A stretch of DNA of 38,213 nt, taken from contig JAVECO010000205.1 of NCBI GenBank assembly GCA_051942205.1, positions 1 to 38,213 of the forward strand, given 5' to 3'. This document shows, in pieces, positions 1 through 10,090 of the stretch. The number at the start of each line of letters is the position of its first letter. Position 1 is the first letter of the stretch. The translations under genes and the position numbers were made by a program. The stretch is from Coniocarpon cinnabarinum (taxonomy: Eukaryota). The notes beneath the pieces were generated by a model, which worked only from the letters and a program-made list of their open reading frames with translations, ran no database searches and was not told the origin of the DNA.

Positions 1-5
1 AATCC

Positions 6-401
6 CTACCTCCTCTTCTTCTTCCCCTCCTCCTTCGTCCGTTTCTTCTTCGGCGCCCCCTTCCCCTTACTCCTCAAAATAGTCAACCCCTCAATCCGTT
101 CCACCTCCTTCGGATCGTACGTCTCCAGCCGCGGAAAGAGTCTTCGAAACGCCCGATACGTGAATGGGCGCGGGGGGTAGTAATCGACGAGCGCGGGGCC
201 GCGGAGGCGTTGACGGAGGACTGACGCACCGGTGCGGAGGCGGGAGGGGTTGTAGGTCTGGGAGAAGAGGGTGCATTGGGTCTTTTTTTGTTAGCTTATG
301 GTTGGGGATATGACAGGTGGGTGAGTGTGAAAGGGGTGGCGATTTGAAGGGGTTCGTACTTTGATGAGATCTTGCACTCGGGCGCGTGGGAGATGTGCCA
401 T
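6..401 (-). CDS. RSM27: Mitochondrial small-subunit ribosomal protein mS33/Rsm27, 2 exons (401-360, 281-6), 105 aa
   Basis: Spliced translation MAHLPRARVQDLIK|TQCTLFSQTYNPSRLRTGASVLRQRLRGPALVDYYPPR...RSKGKGAPKKKR matches the Rsm27 signature (F..TYNP...RTG..VLRQRLRGP....YYP; GKGAPKK). Intron 359-282 has a GTACGA donor, CTAAC branch and AAG acceptor. Not present in the ORF track. Confidence 0.93.
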
Positions 402-717
402 ATTCAAACAAGCTCGGGCGATGACCTATGAAGGTGAGTGAGGTGGTCGAGCAATAAGCTGCAGCGAGAAAACGTCGTCTCTTGACGTAGCCTGCCGGCA
501 GGGTGCGACATTTTACGCTAGATAGGTATCTACGCGGCTGCAAGATCTCGTTGCCAGAAGACCGCCTTGGACAAAGTGCAGGATAGGGCAACTAAACAAC
601 AATTGCGGTGTTTTAATTTTAAATGGTCTATCTTTCATGACTTCATGTCCATTCATCATGCTCGGCAGTTGCCAAAGCTCTTTCCAGCGCCGACGCTATG
701 CATTTGCACTGCCTTCA

Positions 718-1854
718 TCACCTCTTGGAATCTCTCAATGTCCTTCCGCCACCTCCTGAACCCTCGTCGGGATCTTGCGCAGGCTGCGCCGCCGGCTCAG
801 ATCCAGCCTCAATGACCTTTCCTCGCGTCGTTTGCCCGCGTCCAGAGAAATGACTCTTCACCGTCTGCTCTTGATTCGGATCTCGCTGACCGGGCGGCGG
901 AATGTATTCATACCCGAAAAACAACTTGTTCGGCGGTAAACGCAGCGGCTGTGGACCATTGCCGCCGTTGATCTTCTGGATATTAGGTGTGGTCGTCTGC
1001 AGCGGAGTTGCTGTCCCAGAACTCTGCGCGCTCGATTTCCTGTTTCCTAAGCGCTGTCCACCACCTGCAAAGTGTGACGCCATTGCCTTCTCGCCCTTCG
1101 CTACTTGGTCGTTCTTCGGCGCAATCGCATCGTAATTGATGGCCTGCGCCATTGTGCCCTGTGTGTTGTGGACTTGGCCTCCCGCAAGTTTCTTGTCCAT
1201 CTGAGGCTTGCTCTTTTGCTGTTCCTTCAAATATTCTTGATAACCCAGTGGCTCCGCAAAGTCGACCTCGAGATCAGTCTCCATGGTGCAAATGGCGCGT
1301 GAACCTAGATCAGGCTTCACCTCCAGCACTTTGATTTCGTAGATCTCGTCGTTGTACTCGAAGCTGAATATGTCATCGACGGTCAATGCGGAGAAGTTGC
1401 GGAATGCGTGCTCAAGTACTGCTTTAGGATCGCTGATTTCAAGAAAGGTAGGGCTTTGCGGTTGAAGTTTGATGAAGCTTCCGGGTGAGAGATCGGTGCT
1501 TTTCACTTGGATCATGTCTCCAGTCTCCAGCAGTAGAGTGTTCATGATCCATGGCGGTAAATAGATCTTGCCCTCTTCGGCTGTGAACTCGAGTACACCG
1601 GCATGCGTCATCTTTTCCACAGCTCCATTGATGAGCTCAAACAGCATGGGATAGGAGATGTGAAGGCGCGTGAGCTTCTCCAGAGCCGATGCGGGCAGGA
1701 AGACCTTCCCGCCGTGGTTGGCGGAGGCGCGGTCGGGCCCGGACAGCATAGCAATAGGATAGCAGCGGTAATACTCATCGAAGCGACGCATTGCACCGCC
1801 CATGCGATGTTGCATGGCGGCCTGGTACATGGACATGGGATCGCCGCTGTCCAT
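718..1854 (-). CDS. UFD1: Ubiquitin fusion degradation protein Ufd1 (Cdc48 cofactor), 378 aa, apparently intronless
   Basis: FDEYYRCYPIAML, GGKVFLPASALEKL, YPMLFEL, THAGVLEFTAEEG, FLEISDPKAVLE, ETDLEVDFAEP and C-terminal SHP-like FSGRGQT. First ATG (ACCATGG context) at 1854; the ORF-track extension to 1998 is non-ATG. Confidence 0.95.
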   Translation of the reverse strand: MDSGDPMSMYQAAMQHRMGGAMRRFDEYYRCYPIAMLSGPDRASANHGGKVFLPASALEKLTRLHISYPMLFELINGAVEKMTHAGVLEFTAEEGKIYLPPWIMNTLLLETGDMIQVKSTDLSPGSFIKLQPQSPTFLEISDPKAVLEHAFRNFSALTVDDIFSFEYNDEIYEIKVLEVKPDLGSRAICTMETDLEVDFAEPLGYQEYLKEQQKSKPQMDKKLAGGQVHNTQGTMAQAINYDAIAPKNDQVAKGEKAMASHFAGGGQRLGNRKSSAQSSGTATPLQTTTPNIQKINGGNGPQPLRLPPNKLFFGYEYIPPPGQRDPNQEQTVKSHFSGRGQTTRGKVIEAGSEPAAQPAQDPDEGSGGGGRTLRDSKR

Positions 1855-2211
1855 GGTGGGTAATGGACTCAGTGGTTGTGAGATGCTGGCTGAAGCTGCA
1901 AGAAACGGTTGAGACTCCGGGAAAGTAAAGAGAAAATGCAATGCAGATGTGCAGGGGCTGAGGTTTCGAAGACGATGAGGTGCAGGTGTGAAGAGCAAGA
2001 GTTGTAGGCTGTTGCAGGCTCAATTCAATTCGATTCACGAATGATGAGCGCGAGGCAGCACTAAGTGGCGATCATTACGTAGTGTGGCACTGAACGATAA
2101 TATCGCACGTGCCAGAATTAGCGCCACGCGCCACAACAGCTTTATCCAAGTTTGGAACGGCGAAAGCGTTTACAAGCGCGCTGATGGAGACACAGGCTGT
2201 TACGCAGCAAG

Positions 2212-2703
2212 TCAAGGTGATGCGCGCCACCGCTTGGAACTCGTGAAGCTGCCATCTGGACTACATTTCCTTGAAATTGACTGAGGTAGAGGAGGATGCG
2301 CGCGCTTGCCTAGCGGGACGCAGGGCTCAGCCGGCTCTGGACTTTTGCGGACCTTTGCGGCCCCCAGCCAGCCCAGGGTGACAGGCGACGGAAACCTCGC
2401 CGCATGGCAAATCTCATGATTCCTTTCCTTTACTGCCCACTGCGACCCATCGCCGCCGCGCAAGAGACGCATTGACCAGACCATTCGGTGGCAATCAGCC
2501 TCTCTTTTAAGCCGTTCAGTGTTTCCTCGCTCGAGCTTGCTGTCTCTCCTGGCTAGACCTTGCCATACCGCCATACTGCCATACTGTTTGATAAGTGGTG
2601 GTTTCGTGTGATTCGCGAGCCGCTTCCACTTTGGTGAAACTGGGAGGCTCTTGTTTTTTCTTTTGTCTTGTGAGTTGCTCACTCCACGCTTGCTCTGTGC
2701 CAT
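2212..2703 (-). CDS. Possible orphan basic protein, 163 aa (uncertain)
   Basis: ATG in a good AAAAATGGC context and an open frame between UFD1 and F-box copy 1, but no recognisable motif; may be a spurious ORF in a divergent promoter. Confidence 0.2.
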   Translation of the reverse strand: MAQSKRGVSNSQDKRKNKSLPVSPKWKRLANHTKPPLIKQYGSMAVWQGLARRDSKLERGNTERLKREADCHRMVWSMRLLRGGDGSQWAVKERNHEICHAARFPSPVTLGWLGAAKVRKSPEPAEPCVPLGKRAHPPLPQSISRKCSPDGSFTSSKRWRASP

Positions 2704-2811
2704 TTTTCAGTAGTCGATGTCGGCGCCCTCGTCTTGACTTAATTACCTGTCTGCGCGACCGCCAGTCTTGTGCTAATCTCTAGCATCAGGTTCTTTAGCA
2801 GACGCTCCACA

Positions 2812-4652
2812 ATGACGGCAGCTGCTTGCCAATGTCGAGCCGAGCGGAAGACCCTCCTGGGCTTACCAGACGATGTTCTCACCCTCATCGTCAAAGAGGT
2901 GCGTCTGCTACCTGCGAAGTTATTGGGAAGGTTGATCTTTCACACCTTGCACGTGCTGACCGTCTCAGATTCATCGGCCAAGACATTTGAGAGATCTATG
3001 CCTAACATGCAAGCAGCTAAACGAATTGGCCATATCTAGGCTCTACGCCGATATGAAACTTCTCGTTGGCTCCGAGGAGGATCACCAGATCACTCAGCTT
3101 CTCGACTCACACAATCCTGGATTGAAGCATATTCGAAGTCTGACTGCTGTTTTCGATTCGGAAGACAACGAGAACAACATTGGTCAAGCGCAGGTCACGC
3201 TAGGGATGATGCTGCAAATGCTGCCTCGAAACTCGCTCGAGACATTTAGGTGAGCCACTGCTCCCTGCACTGTAAAGGGGCACGTGACACTAACGAAGCC
3301 AGCTGGCGATCATGGACACCACTGTCGAAGAAAAACCTTGAGTTGCTCTATCGGAATCAAAGGAAGATTACGAACATGGAAGTGGTAGCAACAGACTACG
3401 AAATCGATGAAGCCATGATAAGTCGCCTCTCCTTAGACGACATGGCCAAAAACGGCAAAACTTTAAATTGTGAGTGTGCATACAGTTTCAGTCCATTGCA
3501 CGTGCTCATGCGTTGGCAGTCTTGTTCAACTCTAAGTACGCGCTTGAGTTTGCCAATCAGCTCATCCGACGTTGTCCGCGCCCGCTAAAACAGCTGATGA
3601 TCATCACCAACTTCAAGGCAAAGTATTACTCGGCAGAGGAAAACTACGGCGAAGGTCATTTACCCCTCCAAGATTCTGCCGATCGTCATGGAAGGATCTT
3701 TAGCACCATGTTTCGGCGCTCACTCGGTGAAGATGACTTTTTGGATGCCTCTGAGCCTTTGCAAGTCGAGACCATCATCTTGACAGGGGTTTCGTTACAC
3801 AAAGCTACCAGCTGGTTCACGAAGCTAGATGGAAGTGCCCTGCAAACGCTCAAGCTCGAGATGTGTGATGCAGCGCCGAAGGCCTTATCTGAGCTTTGTC
3901 GCATCGGCACTGGCGGTTTACGTTTGAAGGAAATCTCAATCAGCCATTGCGAGAGCGCCAACGGCGGCGATATTCGAGGCACTTTGGAGGCACTCCTCAA
4001 CGTTGTGCAAGGCCTGGAAAGTCTGAGCGTGAACTTGTGCTGCTCACCGAATCTCATCTCAATCCAAAGCATCTGCCGACATGAGGCTACTCTCAAAACC
4101 TTGAAAATATGTTGTACGAGTGGCACCAGGGAAGAGAAAGACGAAGACCAAAAAGGCTGGTTATACTTTACTCCCGAAAACTTCCAGTATATCGCCAAGC
4201 GACTGAGAAATGTTGAGCATTTGGTTGTGCCTTACATCAAATGTCAAATTACCGACGGATTCGATAAGGAGGAGATGAAGCAGATGTTCGATGCGTTGAC
4301 AGGATCAGAGAGTAACCTGGATAACCTGCACTCGCTGCAGCTGCTGACACGGCCGACACAGCAAGATCTGCCTTCACCGTTGCCCGATGGGTTTCTCAGC
4401 CAGCTGTTAGCTATGCACGCTAAGAAACTCTTTGCCGCTAAGAACTCAAAGACCAAGAAGCTGCAGAGGCTACAGCTTGTCTCGTGGGGAACGAGGGATG
4501 GCGGTAAGAAGAATCTCTCGATCTTCACGCGTGGACAGCAGTCGGCTCTGCTTGGACAACCGCAACTGGCGGCCGTGCCCGTGTCGTTGGGCTGGGTGGA
4601 AGAGGAATATGGCGAAGACACTGAGATCATCCAGTGCGCAGCACACAACTAA
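2812..4652 (+). CDS. F-box + LRR/RNI-like protein, paralog 1; exons 2812-2898, 2969-3249, 3303-3469, 3520-4652 (555 aa)
   Basis: N-terminal LLGLPDDVLTLIVKE|IHRPRHLRDLCLTCKQLNELA fits the F-box consensus. Downstream LxxLxLxxC repeats (LQTLKLEMC, LKEISISHC, LESLSVNLC, LKTLKICC). Three GT-AG introns (70, 53, 50 nt) join four ORF-track fragments in frame. Confidence 0.85.
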
Positions 4653-5413
4653 AAGCTCGAGCGGAACAGGTTTCTTAATAAGAGCATGAAAACCTTTGGA
4701 ACACGACATTGCAAGCGATATGCATGCATGACAATGAGCAGCGCCAAGTGAAAACGACGGAGCAGTAGCACTATCAAAGACGCCTTTGTTCCACTTCTCA
4801 TTGGGTCGTCACAACGTCCATTGCAAGGGGATGTCGTAGTGGGCGGAATGAAGATGAGGATCTCCTTGAGGCTCTCATCCACGCGGAGGACACGAGGTAA
4901 CGAGCGGATGGCTCGACCTACAGTGGAAGAAGAGGAAGGTGCGACCCGTACCTGATGCTTGCAAACAGACTGAAACCGCCTCTGGTGCAAGCACTTGAAG
5001 AGCACTCACAGCGAAACAGTAGAGCTCAAGAGATGAAATAGCTCAGCATGATGGCGACGTACAAGGCGCCGTGGCGTTTGCGGGGCTCTGACAGTTGATA
5101 GAGGACAATATAACGAATTAGGAAAACGGAGGATGAGCAGAACGATCTTGAAGGTTTAGTTGCAATGAAACGAAGCAGTGCGCACTTTATGAACACTTCC
5201 AAAGCATCTTCTTGTGTTGAAAGGTAGTAGTGAATGCCCTGTATATTAGCACTGTTATGAACGCGCTCGACATCGTCACGACGGCATGTTGTCGCCTTTC
5301 GTAAAGATACACCGCGTTGTTCAGCAGGTAAACAGAAGTGGCGGCGCCGAAGTGTCCGAGTGGAGTGCTAGGGGCGGCGACCGGTCATAGCGGCGTGGCG
5401 GTGAAGGTCGAGA

Positions 5414-5456
5414 GGGTGGGAGCGTGGGAGTGTGGGAGTGTGGGAGTGTGGGAGTG
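5414..5456 (+). repeat. Tandem 8-mer (GTGGGAGT)~5 with six GGG runs
   Basis: gggtgggagcgtgggagtgtgggagtgtgggagtgtgggagtg seen directly. Confidence 0.9.
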
Positions 5457-5732
5457 GAGTTGCGGGAGTGTCGGAATTTGAGGGGTGGAGGCGGCGGGGG
5501 AGCGGGCGGAGCACTGGCGTGCGGACCAGACTTTTAGCGTTTCTCTTGCCTCACTCACTCACCGCCCCCAAAGGCAGCCATGCATTGGATCCTCGCCTCT
5601 CTTCTTGTTCTTCTTTGCAGCCGTGTACCTTCCTTTCATATCCACATTGACCCATTGGAATTATTGTAATACGGGAATCATAGTACAGCCCTCCATTCCA
5701 TTGGCAGAGGAGGCATCTATTTACTAACGGGC

Positions 5733-7564
5733 ATGTCGTCGAGCCACCTTAGCTTGATGCAGCTCCCAGATGACATACTATCCCTCATTATTGGCGAGGT
5801 AAGCACGCAAAGCTAATCCTATCTGACGATCTCAATTGTTGAGCTTCAGTCTAGGTTCTGAGCAGGAAGCATCTCGCCACGCTATGTTTGACATGCAGGA
5901 AGTTCAACGAGATCGCAACCCCAAAGTTATATAAAGAGCTTGTCCTCGATATCGGTACCGAGGATGATAGTGCGATCACCCAGCTTCTGAGTCCCCAGAA
6001 TCCGGGGCTTAACCACGTCCGGAAACTCGTCCTCAAGAGTAAGACTCGTGACGATGAGTTTCAAAACAGTCAGATCCAGTTCGTCGTCGGCAGCCTCTTG
6101 CAAGGTCTGCCACGTGACTGTCTGGAGTACTTCCGGTATGTTTTGAGCCGTCATGTCGATCTTGAGCGATGGACTCACCCATTCGCAGATGGCGACCCTG
6201 GAAGGCTTTGTCATTCAAGAACGTGGAACTGCTGTACAAGAACCAGCGAAAAATGCTAGAGATGGAGCTGTTGCCCGTGCCCAAACCTGAAGCGCCTCAA
6301 GATTCCTTGCCGCATCCCTCCATTGACGCTCTCCAGCACGCTCGTGAACTCAACCGTATGTATCTCCGTTGTGCCTCTCTGGATTTGCGCCACTAACGCT
6401 TTGCGCAGTATTCATTGGCACCGTGCATGCACTGGAGCAAGCAAACTACTTTGTGAAGCATGGGTCAGAAACTCTCGATATACTCATGGTTCAATGCTTC
6501 TTCACGGAGAAGGACTTTGAGAGCGAGAGGCCGGAGGACCCCTTACAGGACACACCTGAGCACAGTGGCCAAACTCTGCGTACCATCTTCCGTCATAAGC
6601 TTGCAGGTAACGACAAGGAGCCGATTAAAGCCCGCACTTTACATTTACAGGAAGTTCCTGTCCATCAAGCGCCGACTTGGTTTCGAGTTGTTGACTCTAC
6701 TTTCCTGACTAAGTTAATCCTTCTTAAGTGTGATGGTGCTGCCAAGGCCCTCGGTGAGCTATGCCGACTGGGCACTGGCAACTTACGCCTCAAACACCTA
6801 GACATCACGCACTGTGAGAACACGGAAGGGGGCGATGTTCGGGGCACGGTCGAGACGATCCTGAACGTCGTTTCTGGACTGGAGACTTTAGAAGTTGAGC
6901 TGTGCTGTTGCTCTTCACTCATTCAACCGTCCAGTGTTTGCCGCCAGTCATCCTCGTTGAAGAGGCTCGAGCTATTCTGCACCAAGGAGCATGGTAAGGA
7001 GGGTCGATATGACGGATGTTTGCACTACAAGCCATCTGATATGGGCATGCTGGCCTCCCACATGGAGCGCGTTGAGGAGATGCTACTACCCTACGTGGAA
7101 TGTGACATCAGTTACAGCCTCGAGGACGACAAGCTTGGTGAGATGTTCGATGCATTTACTGGCCCTCAGTGCGTCCTCAAGAATCTACGAACGCTACAAT
7201 GGTTTACATTTGTGAGTTATCCTCAAAAGTGCCTTCGAAATCACGCTAACACCAGCTGCAGCCCGGTCGGGAGGATACCGATAAAAAGCTGTCAAGTCGT
7301 CTTTTCGATCATCTACTTGCTGCACATGCCGAAAAGCTCTTCAACGCCAGTGGAGATGAAGGAAGACGTATGCCAAAGCTGTGGTTTATTGCTTGGGGAG
7401 GTCGAAGGTCTGATGAGCCTGAGAAGCACGCTACTATCTTCCTCAAGGGAACTCGTGCGCCAATGCTCGGAATGCCACATCTGGCGGCAGTGCCAGTCAC
7501 GCTGGATTGGTTCGACAAGCATTACGAACCTTCAAACTTAACGACGATGGATCTTGCCCGATAA
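5733..7564 (+). CDS. F-box + LRR/RNI-like protein, paralog 2; exons 5733-5798, 5855-6135, 6189-6355, 6409-7211, 7262-7564 (539 aa)
   Basis: LMQLPDDILSLIIGE|VLSRKHLATLCLTCRKFNEIA. Colinear with paralog 1 (ITQLL...NPGL.H, KAL.ELCR.GTG.LRLK, GGD.RGT.E..LNVV.GLE.L, LAAVPV.L.W). Exons 2 and 3 have the same lengths as in paralog 1 (281, 167 nt). Four GT-AG introns. Confidence 0.85.
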
Positions 7565-8002
7565 GATGGTTGCACATTCAGTAGGCACAGAACACTCGTT
7601 TTGGTCGTGCTTTCAAGTTGCATATCACGAACTTGACTCCATTTGTTTGTACTTCTTGAACGCGTGAAAATCATACATTATCAACCAGGGTGTACAGCAT
7701 GGACCGCATTCACCTATCGCCGAAATTTCAAGCCAGCACAAGCTCGAAGCGCTGGAACAAGACGAGGGTGGCTGCATTGCCTCATTCCATGCATGTGGAG
7801 TAAAGCAAAACGCCTGCCCTTCCAATCGCGGGTGAGCAATCAGCAAAATCTGGATTCGCCTTCTAAATCATCTGTGTCGAGCACGTGACTGATCAAGATC
7901 CCTCTTCTTTGGCTGGTGTGAGAACGTCCTGTTTCAAAGTCGATAAGTTCTATCAGCAATAGGGGGACTGTATGCTTCCCCATCGTCGGGAGAAACTCCA
8001 TT

Positions 8003-8380
8003 ATGGAGACTAAAAAGATTTTCTATCGCTTTCCAACCGATTCACTGTCTTTAATAATCAAGCAGGTTCGTCTTCTCATGCCAAGTCATATGGAAGAGAC
8101 CCTAATTTGAGTAGATCAAATGCATACCGTATTGGCGTGCCCCCTGCTTGACCAGCAAGTACTTGTATTGGCAATGTTTACCGCATCTTTACCATGACGT
8201 AGACTTTGAAATGCACTTTCATTCAAAGAAGCACGTTCAGGGTCTGTTACATCTCCTGACAACCCTGGTCTTTCCCATGTCACAGAGCTGCATTTGAAAG
8301 ATACTGAGGGCTCTGAGAACTTGGTAAACGCTATGTTGGAAACGTTGCAGGAAATTCTCAATATCGAGGGCGATGACTGT
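8003..8380 (+). pseudogene. Degenerate third F-box paralog (exon 1 8003-8065, intron 8066-8114, frameshift near 8250)
   Basis: METKKIFYRFPTDSLSLIIKQ|IKCIPYWRAPCLTSKYLYWQCLPHLYHDVDF...VQGLL[+2 nt]SPDNPGLSHVTELHL aligns to both intact paralogs. Intron (GTTCGT..CTAAT..TAG) lies at the identical phase-0 position. The unshifted frame stops at ~8297 and the downstream sequence has many stops. Confidence 0.8.
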
Positions 8381-9354
8381 GTTGATTGGCTAATTCATTT
8401 CGCGAGTTTCTCCTGAGAGCTTCACAGGAAGACGAAGGCTGGAGCGGACCACTCGCTTAGTACACTGGACTGACTATGGAAAACTGAAGTTATGTATGCA
8501 AGGCTTCTGTCATAGGCCATGACTCACGAATCATTCACATCAAGCTCGATTCTTTTATTGTGCGAATAGAGATGCACCGAGTAGTTCGTCGGGAAAATGA
8601 CCCCGAGACGTAAATACTTGACGCAATTCTGCAAATCCACGTAACTAAAGTATTGTTATTGCTGTTGAATTTGCGCCACGATTCTGGTTACCATACCTCG
8701 GTCACCCCAGGTGCCGTGCGGTGCAGCTATCACATGTCCGTGGCAGTCAAAACAACGAGGTGTAATCTCTACGTATCTCGGATTACACAAGAAGCGCGCG
8801 CACAGGGATGACCCTCACTCTAGATCACACAGCGAGATGTACTCTAAGCGACCTGCCTGCCTTTGCCTGGAATCCAAGCGATACCTGGCTTTCTCTGGAC
8901 AGCATACTGCGTATTGAGGAATAATGACGAAGGGCAATGAGTGTGAAGGCCGAGAGACTGAATGAAGTCTTGGCTGCGCACAAGAGCATTAATTGTCGAT
9001 CACTCGAGCGCTCTTGAGACCTGATTCTCGACCCTTGGAGCTGTGGATACATCGGCAAAACGCTCTTATTATTGACAGAGGACGCTAGTGGCGACTGGCA
9101 AATAATCTTGTCTCAGACCCTTGCCACGTGTTTGATAAGAGATCTAAATCCACCGCAGAGCCTCACCGCTTGCATCTGCCCTTTCATTTCATCCTTCTCG
9201 GCTAGACCCTCCACCCCAATCTCTTGTCTTGCCCTACGCCTGTTCAACCCTCTTTCCCATCCCGTCCTATATATCCTGGTCCATGGGCGCAGCCGAGTCT
9301 CTCAATCCCCACGACGTCACCAGCCCTCTCCTCAATAACACCAATAACCCCACC

Positions 9355-9870
9355 ATGGCCGCCTCCACCAACGGCATCCCCACCCTCCTCAACGACACCG
9401 CCGAAGACTCCGCCTGCCTCGAGAACTACGCCCTCCGTGCCGCTGCGGCCCTCTACCCAGACGTCCCAGCAAGCAGCATGCACATCGTCTTCGGCCGCTC
9501 AGGTGACAACTACAGCGGCGAATGGCGCTGCGGCATCGTGACGCGCCACGGCGCCGGTGACGCCTCCGCATCTCTCCGCCTCCTCGAAGCTTCCACCATC
9601 GAATTTAAGCCTGAGAAGGTCAAGGGCAAGTTTGAAGAAGATTATAAAGAGAAGACGTGGATGTTTCGGAGGATCCTGTTGAGGAACCTGGTGGTGCTGC
9701 TGGAGCGCAAGACGTATTTGAGGATTTTAAAACGGCCGAGTGAGGGCGAGAAGAGCTGGAATGCATCGAGTGATAAGACGGGGGAGGCAACGGCGAGCGC
9801 GGGTTCGAGCTCGAGTGCGCCGCCGCCTTATGAGAAGGGAGCTGTGGAGCTGGCTGTGAGAGAGAAATGA
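9355..9870 (+). CDS. Hypothetical protein (~171 aa; alternative ATG at 9283) with C-terminal PPPY motif
   Basis: CACCATGGCC start context, strong GC3 codon bias in the 5' half, pyrimidine-rich leader with TATATA at 9268-9273; ends SSSAPPPYEKG. Confidence 0.7.
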   Translation: MAASTNGIPTLLNDTAEDSACLENYALRAAAALYPDVPASSMHIVFGRSGDNYSGEWRCGIVTRHGAGDASASLRLLEASTIEFKPEKVKGKFEEDYKEKTWMFRRILLRNLVVLLERKTYLRILKRPSEGEKSWNASSDKTGEATASAGSSSSAPPPYEKGAVELAVREK

Positions 9871-10090
9871 GAGGTTGGGGAGAGACGAACTTTGCCCCAT
9901 CGACTCGACGGAAACGACACTGCGAAAGACTCAAGCCGGACTGGTCTTGTCAACACGCATTTTGCTAATTCCCGCCTTCATGGGTCCCGCAAAAGCGATG
10001 GAATGGCTTGGATGTCGCGCGAAACATCTAGCATGGCATTGACCAGTGTGATCTATGCAATGGTATGACGCCGAGAGCTTGGAGAAGACG

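Noticed and set aside
91..591. 166-aa minus-strand ORF
   Set aside because: Non-ATG, out of frame with the spliced RSM27 gene occupying the same DNA.
4649..5050. Short ORFs downstream of F-box paralog 1 (possible further paralog fragment)
   Set aside because: No recognisable similarity to the F-box genes or any motif in the frames I translated.
7212..7541. C-terminal part of the 390-aa ORF 6369-7541
   Set aside because: Read-through of an intron; the spliced frame ending at 7564 is the one aligning with paralog 1.
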